Shown here: positions 16,497 to 26,042 of the stretch, piece by piece
Layout of the letters: each line of letters starts with the position of its first letter
Position numbering within the stretch: the stretch's first letter is position 1
From: an uncultured Methanosarcinales archaeon
Lineage (GTDB): Archaea > Nanobdellota > Nanobdellia > Woesearchaeales > GW2011-AR9
Length of the DNA: 43,928 nt
Direction: 5' to 3'
Assembly: GCA_964372235.1 (NCBI GenBank)
Contig: CAYJQD010000003.1
Coordinates: forward strand, 1-43,928
Notes under the pieces: generated by a model
Seen by the model: the letters and a program-made list of their open reading frames with translations, nothing else
What the model was told of the DNA's origin: nothing
Databases searched by the model: none
Program-made: the position numbers and the translations under genes

Positions 16497-18896
16497 TTAT
16501 TCAAATGTTGGTTCTAATTCCGGTCGTAATTTCTGTGACAGATTTCCTAACTCAGCCATGACATTCAAATCTTCAATAATACGAACATGCTCTTGTTCAG
16601 GAACGCCTTCTAAGTTGAAAGTCAACACATTGAAAGTTATTCTATCAGTCCCATACAATTGTTCAGGAGTAATAGTCAAATAAGATTTAGGTTTATCCCA
16701 TTGCAATCTTCCTAGCAATAATTCGTCCAAGACTTGCTGTTCATAGGTAAAACAAGTTTCAGGAATAGGTATAGGGAGCCAAAGGCCACCGGTACAACGT
16801 TCTTCTTCGGGAATAATTAATTGCTTTGAGCTAGTCACTAAAGCAGTCACTTCGTACACACCAGGTACTAATTCAAGAGAAGCAGTTCCTTTGCCCGTCA
16901 CTGTTGCAGCGGAAGAAAATTCTTCACTAAAGATGCCCGGAACAGTATCGGCAACACGCTTCAACATCACTACTGCGGTTTCATCTTCGGTCAATGGCTT
17001 AGCTAGATTCAAGAAAGACCAGCTGTGCTGTTCATCCAATGATTCAGGAGAATAAGTATAGATAGGGCTTCCTAAACTTCCAAACAATCCTTGGGTGAAG
17101 CATTCTTTATTTTTGCCATCTTCATCTGCGATACATTTTTCCAAACTTTTCTTGCGCACCGACATGTTCACAAACACTTTTTTATGCATGGGAACGACTA
17201 ATTCCGGCGATCCAGCAACAGCGTAGCCGATCGTTCCCGGGGTTTCCCTAAATCGATAGGTATCAACCGGATAAAAGTTAGTGAGATATTCATCTTTCAC
17301 GAAAGAAGCAACTCCGCCATAGACAGCAGGATAGGTGCTTTCAAACGTTCCTTGATTATTAGTTTCCCCCATGTCGCAATCATCTTGTTCAGGGATGGAA
17401 AATCCAATCTGCACTGCTTCCAATGGTTCAAGAGTAGCGCTATCCACGACCACTGTTTTAACTAATTGTGTATTACGCTTATTAGAATCGCAGACCATGC
17501 TTTCCTGCAAGGCTGCTATCGGTGCAGGCTGAGTATAGCCTTCAGTTGGAACTTGATTGTTCCGCAAGTTAGCTTCCAATGCGAAAGCAAAGGTAAATCC
17601 ACGTCCTTCTAACGCATTTGGATCACGAAGAGTAACCAAGACAGGATAGCTCAAGTCATAGGTCGAATAATAGCGATGGATATCTAACGGAATCTTAGGG
17701 ATAGGCGGCACCATAGGGCCATAGAAGATACTTGGTTCAATATTTCCTCCTTTATCGTTCATGTCGAAATAAGTATCCCAGCCGAAGTAATCAAAATTCA
17801 CTTCCATTCCCGGCGCTGCCTCGAGAGGTAAAATCTGGTTATCATAATTTTTTTGATACAAATCTCTAAAGTTCTGAGTAACTCCTTCCTGCTGTGGATA
17901 TTCAAAGCGATAGAAATTAGTGCTGCCAAGATAGCGGAGCATAGGCACATTAGAACTTAACAAACTTTGCGTTTTCAATTTGACATCAGATTCGGCCCAG
18001 ATCACCGGGACAGGTTGATTAAAAGTCATCTGTTCCATGGGCGGTAAACGATTGTAATCTACGCCAGCATACGCCGTCAATAAATCCAGAGCTTGTAATT
18101 CTAAGAAGCTGTGATTCTTTTCTACTGCGGCAATCTCTGCCGCTGTATCATATATTTGTTTCAAGCGAATAGGCACAGGTACATAAAATTGATTCATTTC
18201 TATTTCGGCATCGCCCTTGCTGGCTTCCACATCCATCTTCAACCAGAAATTGACGCTCTGGTCAGCAACCGTAACTTGTATTTCTTTTAAGCCTTCAGAA
18301 CCTTCTTCCAATGCAGGAGCACTGACTACGAAACCGTCTGCTTCAAAACTATCGTAGCCAGCTAAACATTCTGCAATATTTTCTTCTGCAAATCTTGATA
18401 GCTGCGATTCTATGCTTAATTCAGGATCGTCCTGCTTGTATAAAGCTGGTTTTTTGGAAGAATACGATACAGTTGGATTTTCATTGGGCAGAACGTTATA
18501 ATGCCAGTAGGGAACTTTGATCGGTTCCAGATCAAGGCCATCGGCATTGGTCGGATCGTTGGCTGAATATTTGCCGGCTAATTCAGGGTAAATGTAACCT
18601 CCCTGTTGGCCAAGAACAAGTAAGCCGCGTCTTCCTACTTGGGCTAGACAATTTTCGGTATATATCTGTAAAGGTTGGAACTCTTGTGGAACCGCAGCAA
18701 CAATGGGTTCTCCTTCAGCAGTTAATTCTTCTTTGGTAGCAACTTTAGTGATGTACAAGACCCCTGAAAATATGAACAAGATAACGATGCCGATGATGAT
18801 AAAGATTGTTACTTGACCTTGTTTGGACGGGATGGAGCTGCTAAGATTATAGAAACTACTAAAATGGCTACTAGAACTACCTCTTTTTTGCTTCAT
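16497..18896 (-). CDS. large N-terminally anchored extracytoplasmic protein
   Basis: Ser-rich N-tail, then a single hydrophobic helix (KQGQVTIFIIIGIVILFIFSGVLYI), then about 740 aa with no recognised domain. First gene of the three-gene string. Confidence 0.7.
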   Translation of the reverse strand: MKQKRGSSSSHFSSFYNLSSSIPSKQGQVTIFIIIGIVILFIFSGVLYITKVATKEELTAEGEPIVAAVPQEFQPLQIYTENCLAQVGRRGLLVLGQQGGYIYPELAGKYSANDPTNADGLDLEPIKVPYWHYNVLPNENPTVSYSSKKPALYKQDDPELSIESQLSRFAEENIAECLAGYDSFEADGFVVSAPALEEGSEGLKEIQVTVADQSVNFWLKMDVEASKGDAEIEMNQFYVPVPIRLKQIYDTAAEIAAVEKNHSFLELQALDLLTAYAGVDYNRLPPMEQMTFNQPVPVIWAESDVKLKTQSLLSSNVPMLRYLGSTNFYRFEYPQQEGVTQNFRDLYQKNYDNQILPLEAAPGMEVNFDYFGWDTYFDMNDKGGNIEPSIFYGPMVPPIPKIPLDIHRYYSTYDLSYPVLVTLRDPNALEGRGFTFAFALEANLRNNQVPTEGYTQPAPIAALQESMVCDSNKRNTQLVKTVVVDSATLEPLEAVQIGFSIPEQDDCDMGETNNQGTFESTYPAVYGGVASFVKDEYLTNFYPVDTYRFRETPGTIGYAVAGSPELVVPMHKKVFVNMSVRKKSLEKCIADEDGKNKECFTQGLFGSLGSPIYTYSPESLDEQHSWSFLNLAKPLTEDETAVVMLKRVADTVPGIFSEEFSSAATVTGKGTASLELVPGVYEVTALVTSSKQLIIPEEERCTGGLWLPIPIPETCFTYEQQVLDELLLGRLQWDKPKSYLTITPEQLYGTDRITFNVLTFNLEGVPEQEHVRIIEDLNVMAELGNLSQKLRPELEPTFE

Positions 18897-18924
18897 TCTA
18901 TCAGCATTGAGGAAAGAATTAAGG

Positions 18925-18932
18925 TATATAAA
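18925..18932 (-). promoter_or_regulatory. TATA-like box upstream of the secreted-protein operon
   Basis: The minus strand reads TTTATATA, centred about 32 nt upstream of the ATG at 18896. Confidence 0.4.
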
Positions 18933-18961
18933 GATTACTAAAACGCAAGCTTATTTTAGGG

Positions 18962-19070
18962 GAAAGTCGCCGCCTGGGCCAAGAGGCTTTCTGAGCTAAG
19001 TGAGGCGAAGCAAAAGTTCCTTGAAAAATACTGCGAGAAAAAGGCGAGGAAAGCGGCCGAGGCGACTTTC
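18962..19070. repeat. 109-nt imperfect palindromic element whose ends match the terminal stem of the 584..909 RNA candidate
   Basis: GAAAGTCGCC (18962..18971) pairs perfectly with GGCGACTTTC (19061..19070). The helix continues through GGCC/GGCC and GCTTTC/GAAAGC. About 22 nt at each end are near-identical to the ends of 584..909. The interior is purine-rich on the plus strand. Confidence 0.6.
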
Positions 19071-19582
19071 TAAGAGTTATGATAAGTTGCTACCACTTTG
19101 CCGTCGCGGAGCTTTTCGATTTTGATGGGATGTTCAACCTGTTGGTAGTCTCGTTCGATCCAATGAGATAGAAGATTATGATTAAAATCGTTCCTAAATG
19201 TTTTTTCATATTTCAGTTCTCCTCTGATTATGTAGGCTCGAAGCAGGTCTCCGGCTTCTAGAGGAGGCCAACCTTTGAATTCTAATTTCTCTACTGAAGT
19301 GTCGCTCTGAACCTTAATTTCAGTACGATACGTATGACCTGTATTGTAATAAGGACTACTTTCCCCCATTCTCATTTCGCTATGTACAGAAGTTAAACCT
19401 TGATAACCATGGATTTCCAAAACGGTGCATTCTAAACTAACTATTAATTCTTCACGTGTTTTCGCTCTAGCACGTAAATCATCATTGTATTCACGATTTT
19501 CTTTTTCTACTTCTTCTAAAATTGCGACATAGTCACGTATCTCTGGTGCTTCAAAGAATTTCTGCCAATCCTCATCATTCAT
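19070..19582 (-). CDS. hypothetical protein
   Basis: 170-aa ORF with a clean ATG. Its stop codon abuts the palindromic element. No motif recognised. Confidence 0.5.
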   Translation of the reverse strand: MNDEDWQKFFEAPEIRDYVAILEEVEKENREYNDDLRARAKTREELIVSLECTVLEIHGYQGLTSVHSEMRMGESSPYYNTGHTYRTEIKVQSDTSVEKLEFKGWPPLEAGDLLRAYIIRGELKYEKTFRNDFNHNLLSHWIERDYQQVEHPIKIEKLRDGKVVATYHNS

Positions 19583-19645
19583 CCTCAGGGGAAAAGAATT
19601 TTTATTTATAATCTTTTTTATTTACAATAATTTGAATACTAGTTT

Positions 19646-21736
19646 TTACCTAACTTTCGCCCCATCATTGACGCCATGCACTTTGACTTCTTCCACCGAG
19701 GAGAGTAACTTCTTGCCAGAATAAAACACCTGTCCAGCCTGTACAGTCATGTTGATCTTCATGAATTCGTCAAATGTTATTTCTGCATGTCTGTTTTCCG
19801 TGCCTTCAAAGTGCACTGCGTCGCCAGGATTCAGCTTCTGGACTTCTAAGATTGCCACTCGAGCGCCATCATCAGCTGCGAGGATCATGGCTTCACTCAT
19901 TTCACCGCGCAGCTTGGCTGGTTTCATATTAGCAACAAAGACCGCTTTCCTCCCTTGCAGATTTTCTTTAGGGATGTGTTTCTTCAACCCCGCTACAACC
20001 TGTCTTTTTCCGAGACTACCTAGATCTACTTTCAACAGATACAAGCTGTCTGCATTAGGATGATCCAGTACTTCAACGATTTTTCCCACCGTCAAACGTA
20101 GAGGAAAACTTTCCTTGCGCACGATCTCTACTTTGTTCACTAACAGAGGAACATTTTTGATTTTGCCTTTCCATTTGAAATGGATATCCTCGAAAGAAAG
20201 ATTCTTTTCTCCTAAAGCGCTGAAAACTTTTCCGCTAAATTCGGGAAGAACAGGATTGATCAAAATAGCTAAATTCCGAGCTAAATTAACACACCAGGAT
20301 ACTGCTGCTTTCGTCTTGGGATCGTCTTTGGTTTTCCAAGGTTCCGTTTTCTGGAAGTAAGCATTTCCTAAATCAGTGATGAGCAAGATATTTTTGATTG
20401 CTTCATGATAATCCTGCGCAAGATAATTTTTCTTTACTTTTTCAGACAAAGATAATACTTTCTTAGCCATTGCTTTGTTTTCCGCTGGCAGAGGCAATTC
20501 AGCATAATTCTTTTCTGCGAACGTTAAAGATCGGTAACAAAAATTACCTAATTTTCCCACTAAGACATTATTCACTACAGCAGCAAATTCATCAAAGTTA
20601 AGATCTACGTCAGCGACTTTCCGCTGCAGATGGCTGGCGTAATAGAAACGCAACGGCTCTGCGCCATACAGCTTATGGAATTCTTTCGCAGTGAAAAATG
20701 TCCCTCGGGATTTACTCATCTTTTGGCCGTTGACAGTGATAAATCCATGTACCGTCAATTTTGGCAGAGTCATCTCCATGGCCATCAACAAAGCAGGCCA
20801 GAACAGGAAGTGAAAATATACAATATCCTTGCCTATGAAATGCTGTGCTTGACCTTTTTTCCAGTATTCTTCCCATTTGCAGTTTTTAGTTTTAGTTTTG
20901 TCACAATAATTCTTAGTCGAAGAGATGTATCCGATAGGAGCATCTAACCAGACGTAGAAGTATTTCACTTCGCCGCATTCTTTCTTGCTGTCAGGAATCT
21001 CAAAACCAAAATACGGCGCATCACGGGAGATACACCAATCTTCTAATCCTTTGTCCAGCCATTCTTTGAGCCAGTTTTTTACTTCGGGCTGTAAATCTGC
21101 CTGTTTAGAGTTGATCCATTTCTTGAGCTTGCTGGAAAACGCACTTAACTTGAAAAAATAATGAGGGCTCGCTTTGATCTGTGGTGTAGTTCCGCAAAGG
21201 GAACATTTCGGATTCAACAGATCAGTTCCTTTCAGCACGCTGCCGCAGCCTTCGCAGACATCTCCATACTGGTCGGCAGTGCCGCACAATGGGCAAGTAC
21301 CGCGGATATAGCGGTCAGGAAGCGTTCGTTCACACTTTGGACAGTAAATAATGTCCATCTTTTTTATGTAGATGTGCTTTTTCTTCTTCAACTCAGTAAA
21401 GAAATGCTCTGATAATTCTTTATTTTCTTTGGAATGGGTCTTATGAAAATTATCAAAGGAGATTAAGAAGGAAGCGGCATCTTCTTGGTGTTCTTTCCAG
21501 TATTTTTCAACAAATTTTTCTGGCTCCATCCCCGCTTTCTTAGCATTAATTTCTATCGGAGTTCCATGCATATCAGAAGCACAGATGTAAAGAACATCTT
21601 TTTGTGATTGCCTTAAAAAACGAGCGTAAATATCGGCCTGAATTGCTTCCAAGAGAAATCCAATATGCAGCGGACCATTAGCATAAGGAAGTGCTGCAGT
21701 GATTACTGTTTTAGTAGATTTTGAAGCAGTTTTCAT
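19646..21736 (-). CDS. metG: methionyl-tRNA synthetase with C-terminal Trbp111/EMAP-like tRNA-binding domain
   Basis: ALPYANGPLHIGF (HIGH region), Zn knuckles CPKC..CPLCG..CEGCG..CSLCG, KMSKSRG, and a C-terminal LTVGKIVEVLDHPNADSLYLLKVDLG OB-fold signature. The ATG is at 21736; the track start at 21739 is TTG. Confidence 0.9.
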   Translation of the reverse strand: MKTASKSTKTVITAALPYANGPLHIGFLLEAIQADIYARFLRQSQKDVLYICASDMHGTPIEINAKKAGMEPEKFVEKYWKEHQEDAASFLISFDNFHKTHSKENKELSEHFFTELKKKKHIYIKKMDIIYCPKCERTLPDRYIRGTCPLCGTADQYGDVCEGCGSVLKGTDLLNPKCSLCGTTPQIKASPHYFFKLSAFSSKLKKWINSKQADLQPEVKNWLKEWLDKGLEDWCISRDAPYFGFEIPDSKKECGEVKYFYVWLDAPIGYISSTKNYCDKTKTKNCKWEEYWKKGQAQHFIGKDIVYFHFLFWPALLMAMEMTLPKLTVHGFITVNGQKMSKSRGTFFTAKEFHKLYGAEPLRFYYASHLQRKVADVDLNFDEFAAVVNNVLVGKLGNFCYRSLTFAEKNYAELPLPAENKAMAKKVLSLSEKVKKNYLAQDYHEAIKNILLITDLGNAYFQKTEPWKTKDDPKTKAAVSWCVNLARNLAILINPVLPEFSGKVFSALGEKNLSFEDIHFKWKGKIKNVPLLVNKVEIVRKESFPLRLTVGKIVEVLDHPNADSLYLLKVDLGSLGKRQVVAGLKKHIPKENLQGRKAVFVANMKPAKLRGEMSEAMILAADDGARVAILEVQKLNPGDAVHFEGTENRHAEITFDEFMKINMTVQAGQVFYSGKKLLSSVEEVKVHGVNDGAKVR

Positions 21737-21800
21737 CAATTCTTTAAAAATGAAGAAATTATTTAAAGGTTGCTGTATATAAAAAAATCATTGGGAAAAT

Positions 21801-22283
21801 TTAGGCTATAGTACACGAACACCCGACTGTTTTAAAGCCGCCACCAAGAGAAAAGCTACAACTTTTAGCTCCCGAAACGTCAAGGTAGGTTATAATTTGG
21901 TCTGTCCTATCTAAGCTATTTGCATAATAACAATAGATTCGGTTATTGCTGCAAGTAGCTTCTACATTCTCTAAAGGCTTGAATTTCCATCCTTCTTTCA
22001 GTCCCCAATGCTGCTCTGTTGCAGGGAGCAACTCGCGGGGACATTCAATAAAAATCGTTTCCTCCCCTTTTTGGACTGCTTGACTTATCTTCACCTGTTC
22101 TTCCGTTAAGGCTAATTGTTTTGTGTCTTGAATTCGCTGACGGATAGCTTCGCCAGCCACTGCCTCTATATTAGTGCTGCGCTGAAGAACAAAAGCAACC
22201 ACAGCAAGCAGAAGTATAATTACAAAAACAGAAATTAGAAACCAATGATGCCGCCCAGGTTTTCGAGATTTTTGTTTTTTCAT
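21801..22283 (-). CDS. small membrane-anchored Cys-containing protein, paralogue of the upstream gene
   Basis: KPGRHHWFLISVFVIILLLAVVAFVLQRSTNIEAVAGEAIRQ parallels the neighbour's KPMRHHPLLVSLLVIILLLGVVAYFVQRDMIIENIAGEAIRQ. The ATG at 22283 lies 7 nt after the upstream stop. Confidence 0.55.
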   Translation of the reverse strand: MKKQKSRKPGRHHWFLISVFVIILLLAVVAFVLQRSTNIEAVAGEAIRQRIQDTKQLALTEEQVKISQAVQKGEETIFIECPRELLPATEQHWGLKEGWKFKPLENVEATCSNNRIYCYYANSLDRTDQIITYLDVSGAKSCSFSLGGGFKTVGCSCTIA

Positions 22284-22290
22284 CAGATTC

Positions 22291-22872
22291 TCAATCGGTA
22301 GGAATCTTTGCAACACATTCACACTGCTGTATTTTTTCCCCAACTTTTAAGACACAACTTTCAATGGTCTTATATGGATCTCCACCCCACAGCGGATAAC
22401 CAGAAGAGATTTTTTCTGCCTCAGGATTAAAAACATCTTCGTAAAGGCATCCCATCGCCCACTTTCCATCTGTAGGAGTCCTGCCTACATCCTTACACTC
22501 GGTTTTGATTAATTTTAAGATACTGTTGTGCTTGTCAAACTCACTCTGGTGATAAAAATCTAAAGTTAAACCCCTATCCAAATAGAGAATCTCTCTACAA
22601 GTTCCAACTACCGTCGTGGTTTTATAATTTTGCCCTGAAGGAACCTGCTCTGTGGGAGTCTGGTCATTTTTCTGAATGCTTATCTCAGTTGTTGCTATTT
22701 TTAATTTACTTTGACGGATCGCTTCCCCGGCGATGTTTTCTATAATCATATCTCGCTGGACAAAATAAGCCACTACTCCTAATAGGAGAATGATCACTAA
22801 GAGAGAAACCAATAATGGATGATGCCGCATCGGCTTTTTCTCCACCTCTTTTTTTAATCCTTTACCAGCCAA
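22291..22872 (-). CDS. small membrane-anchored Cys-containing protein, paralogue of the downstream gene
   Basis: Same N-terminal anchor and AGEAIRQ motif as 21801..22283. The C-terminal ectodomain has 6 Cys. Confidence 0.55.
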   Translation of the reverse strand: MAGKGLKKEVEKKPMRHHPLLVSLLVIILLLGVVAYFVQRDMIIENIAGEAIRQSKLKIATTEISIQKNDQTPTEQVPSGQNYKTTTVVGTCREILYLDRGLTLDFYHQSEFDKHNSILKLIKTECKDVGRTPTDGKWAMGCLYEDVFNPEAEKISSGYPLWGGDPYKTIESCVLKVGEKIQQCECVAKIPTD

Positions 22873-22941
22873 TCTACTGCCTCTTTTACTAGAAGAAAGA
22901 AAAAGTACTATTTAATGTTTTCCTTTGATGACTTAGCTAGA

Positions 22942-23367
22942 TTATTCATCATCTTCAAGCGGAGATGCTTTCTTTCCTTTTTTAGGCTCTTTCAGCTTCT
23001 TGGTCAAAGGAATTGCTTCTTTACAATGCTGGCAGGTAACCACATACGATTGAACGCCTTGGTAATTTTTGCGTTTGTACTGGCCGGTCGATTCCCCTTC
23101 TTTTCCACAGTGGGGACAGGTGTATTTAGCTTCTAACTGCAAACTTTCTTCGTGCTCCTGTTTTTGCTCCTTGTAACCGCAGGACGGGCATTCATATTCG
23201 TCGGCTCTGGTCTTTACTTTTCCTTTCACTACCGGCTTGCCCATCTTGGCTTTTTTACATTTTGGACAGTCCTTCCTATAGACCCAGGCCATGACTTCGC
23301 CGTTGTCGAGAGAGCGGTTGGTAAAATAGATACATTCATCCATAGATTGGGGGGTTCGTAGAGCCAT
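22942..23367 (-). CDS. multi zinc-ribbon protein with Lys-rich tail
   Basis: CPKC...CPSCG and CPHCG...CQHC pairs, which give two CxxC-CxxC ribbons. Basic C-terminus. Confidence 0.5.
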   Translation of the reverse strand: MALRTPQSMDECIYFTNRSLDNGEVMAWVYRKDCPKCKKAKMGKPVVKGKVKTRADEYECPSCGYKEQKQEHEESLQLEAKYTCPHCGKEGESTGQYKRKNYQGVQSYVVTCQHCKEAIPLTKKLKEPKKGKKASPLEDDE

Positions 23368-23377
23368 GTTTATTCAC

Positions 23378-24193
23378 CTATTCTAACCTTTTGACTTCGA
23401 TAGATATTGCCGGTTGGTTCAGCCGGATATAGCGAGGACATTCCGTCCAGGGCAGATTATTATCTTTACAATAGTTTATAAGATTTTCTTTTTCCCGTTG
23501 ATTTTCAAATTTTACCAAAACAACAAAACCAAGATCATTCTTATGAATTATGTCAAATTGCTTTAAGTCTCCCATTATTTTTTTTCTTTTTCCGTTCAGG
23601 AAAGAGATTCTTTCAGGAAGTTCTAAGAGTTTTTGGGATATCATAGTTAAGATTTTTTTATCTTCTAAAAGAGCGGCATGCTTTCCCGCTTTTTCAAATA
23701 AATTACCATCCTTAAAGGAAATAAAACCACCTCCCTTAGCTTCTACTAATTTCCATTCGCCAAAACTTCCAACCAAGATATCTGCATAATCACCATCGCA
23801 CAACTTGGTGCCGATAGAGCCAGAAATATCCATGATAACCAAGCAATTATTTTTCTGACATAAATTATAGATTTCCTTCACGGCTTGTTCAGCAAAATAG
23901 CCGCCGGGATTTTGATAGAGAAGCGCGCCGCAGGGATATTCTTTTAATTTTTTTTGAAGATTATGGAGATTTATTTTTGCATCATCGCATTGCACTTCTA
24001 CCACTTTCAATCCTAATTTTTTGGGAAGCTTGAGGTAACTTAACCAACCTCCTTCTTCAGGGATGAGGACTACTTTATTTTTAGGAATGATAGAAAGAGC
24101 AGCAGTGATGGCTGCATCTCCTCGCGTAGTTATTTCTATAAAAGAATGTTTAGTAAGCTTTTGCAAGGCTGCGATCAGGTCCTGTTTAATCAT
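23378..24193 (-). CDS. possible PLP-dependent (fold-type I-like) transferase, short form
   Basis: The layout TRGDAAITAAL ... NPGG ... VIMDISGSIG ... SFGEWK resembles the Asp/Lys core of small aminotransferase or desulfurase-like enzymes. Weak assignment by eye. Confidence 0.3.
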   Translation of the reverse strand: MIKQDLIAALQKLTKHSFIEITTRGDAAITAALSIIPKNKVVLIPEEGGWLSYLKLPKKLGLKVVEVQCDDAKINLHNLQKKLKEYPCGALLYQNPGGYFAEQAVKEIYNLCQKNNCLVIMDISGSIGTKLCDGDYADILVGSFGEWKLVEAKGGGFISFKDGNLFEKAGKHAALLEDKKILTMISQKLLELPERISFLNGKRKKIMGDLKQFDIIHKNDLGFVVLVKFENQREKENLINYCKDNNLPWTECPRYIRLNQPAISIEVKRLE

Positions 24194-24241
24194 AGAATTG
24201 AAAAAAACTAGCTATTTTTAATTATTTGGATATAAAATTTC

Positions 24242-24850
24242 CTATTCTAATTCAACTACGGGAGCGGGCAATTTAAAATCTGCATCGCTTACAGTATTAC
24301 TATAAGATATAGCAACCCACACCTGATTATCTCCTGATTGAGAATAGAGCATTGCTCCATCTTCATTATAACAAAATTCATCTTCTGAATACTCTAAAAA
24401 ACATCTTGTTTGCCGACCTAAAACTACTCTTCCGGGAATTTCAACCACATCATATTCTAACAACTTAAGCAACTCAACCTCATCATATCCTTGGAGTTCG
24501 GGATGACTAGAAGAAGTACAATCCCATTGGTCGACGTTAGTATTACACATGATAGTTTTAGAACGTAGGTTGGTAACATCAGTAATTACATAAATCAATT
24601 CTAACTTTTGGCCCTTAATGGTTATTAAGTCTTCCCTGAGGAGCCGTTCTTTACCGCGTTGATACCGATACGCTATTCCATAAGCATAATCACCACTGAC
24701 GTTGTAAACGATGCTATAAGTTGCAGGCTTGTTAAAGATTGCAAGATACTCCTTAAACTCAATCTCTTGAGCATTACCTTTACAACCAGATATAATTACA
24801 AATACAAAAAAAAGCACTATTAAAATATTACTTTTAATTGAAAAGACCAT
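24242..24850 (-). CDS. putative lipoprotein, hypothetical
   Basis: Signal sequence ending in a lipobox-like IISGC. No domain recognised. Confidence 0.5.
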   Translation of the reverse strand: MVFSIKSNILIVLFFVFVIISGCKGNAQEIEFKEYLAIFNKPATYSIVYNVSGDYAYGIAYRYQRGKERLLREDLITIKGQKLELIYVITDVTNLRSKTIMCNTNVDQWDCTSSSHPELQGYDEVELLKLLEYDVVEIPGRVVLGRQTRCFLEYSEDEFCYNEDGAMLYSQSGDNQVWVAISYSNTVSDADFKLPAPVVELE

Positions 24851-24854
24851 TCCG

Positions 24855-25985
24855 CTATTTCCTCTTTCTCTTTTCGTTCATTCCCACACCAAATTTCAGG
24901 GCTAAAATTAATTTTTGCATCAATTTATTTTTAGCTACGAACCCCAGCAGATTTGATTTCTCCAAAACGGGCAAATAGTCAAGATCTTGTTCGGATAATT
25001 TCCTATAGGCGGTGTAGGCAGAATCGTTGCTGCGGAGAGCATCTATCCTAGACAAAGGTAGAACCAATTGTTTTACTGAAATCATTTCCTGCATCTTTGC
25101 AGGCATAGAGGATATATTTTTTAGATCTAAAATCCCAGAAAGAGAAGCGCTTTTTACGACATAAATATCCGTATCGCTATCTTGATATTTTTCTAAAAAT
25201 TCTGAGAATCGCAGAGAGGGATCAACCAGGATATACTTGGCCGTCATTATTTTTTTTATATCGATCTTACTGAGCGCGTCTTTTATCAGCACTTGTTCAT
25301 AGCTTCTTCCAGCAATAAAATACAAAAATCCCCCTAATAGGATTAACCACAGTCCGCCGCCAGATCCGTTGACGATACTGATAAGTCCAAATAAGATCAA
25401 AAAGATAGCGAAAGCTCTTCCACCAAGAACCGCTATACGGGTAGCTTTCTTGAGGTCTTTGAAATAGGCATACAACAACGCGCGGAAGGCTCTTCCCCCA
25501 TCGAGAGGATAGCCAGGAACCAGGTTGAATAAAGCTAAGATTAAATTAAGCTGATACAAGTAAAAAGTGATGGCAGTCCAAAAGAGATTTCCATTTATGA
25601 AATAGATGAGATAAAAGATGCCAAATAGTAGTAAAGAGAATAATGGTCCCGCGATAGACATTAAAAACTCGGTGCCAGGCTTGAGATCTTCGTCATCGAT
25701 GCTCGCTACCCCGCCGAAGAAAAAGAGAGTGATGTTTTCCACTTTTATCTTTTTAGCTTTGGCAACCAGAGAATGGCTTAATTCATGCAATAAGACGGAT
25801 ATAAACAACAGCAACACAGAAATGACTCCCATCAACCAATAGGTTCTGCTTTCAAAGCCCGGAAAATAGTGGGGGAAAAAAGTTGTGGAAAGGCTCCAGG
25901 CTAATAGCGCAAAGACAAACCACCAGGAGAAATGCAGCTGCACATCAATGCCAAAAATACGGAAAAGTTTGGTCGCGCCGCGCAT
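24855..25985 (-). CDS. M50 family site-2 metalloprotease with C-terminal CBS pair
   Basis: HELSHSLVA (HExxH) in a TM helix, FNLVPGYPLDGGR (NxxPxxxLDG), and CBS-like repeats in the C-terminal ~130 aa. Confidence 0.8.
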   Translation of the reverse strand: MRGATKLFRIFGIDVQLHFSWWFVFALLAWSLSTTFFPHYFPGFESRTYWLMGVISVLLLFISVLLHELSHSLVAKAKKIKVENITLFFFGGVASIDDEDLKPGTEFLMSIAGPLFSLLLFGIFYLIYFINGNLFWTAITFYLYQLNLILALFNLVPGYPLDGGRAFRALLYAYFKDLKKATRIAVLGGRAFAIFLILFGLISIVNGSGGGLWLILLGGFLYFIAGRSYEQVLIKDALSKIDIKKIMTAKYILVDPSLRFSEFLEKYQDSDTDIYVVKSASLSGILDLKNISSMPAKMQEMISVKQLVLPLSRIDALRSNDSAYTAYRKLSEQDLDYLPVLEKSNLLGFVAKNKLMQKLILALKFGVGMNEKRKRK

Positions 25986-26042
25986 GGCCTGTTCTAAGAC
26001 AAAGAAGTTTAAAAGAGTTTGTCTTCATTTGAAAATAAGAAA

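Noticed and set aside
16497-18896. Class III (type IV pilin-like) signal peptide at the N-terminus of the 799-aa protein
   Set aside because: KQGQVTIFIIIG resembles prepilin sites, but the -2 position relative to Gly is Gln rather than the usual Lys/Arg. The mature part (about 740 aa) is far larger than pilins. I treated it as a simple N-terminal anchor.
18962-19070. 5S rRNA or a minimal RNase P RNA at the palindromic element (it starts GGGGAAAGUCGCC)
   Set aside because: The interior is purine-rich and largely unstructured. It lacks 5S loop C/E signatures, and 109 nt is far too short for RNase P RNA. The GAAAGUC simply pairs with the 3' end.
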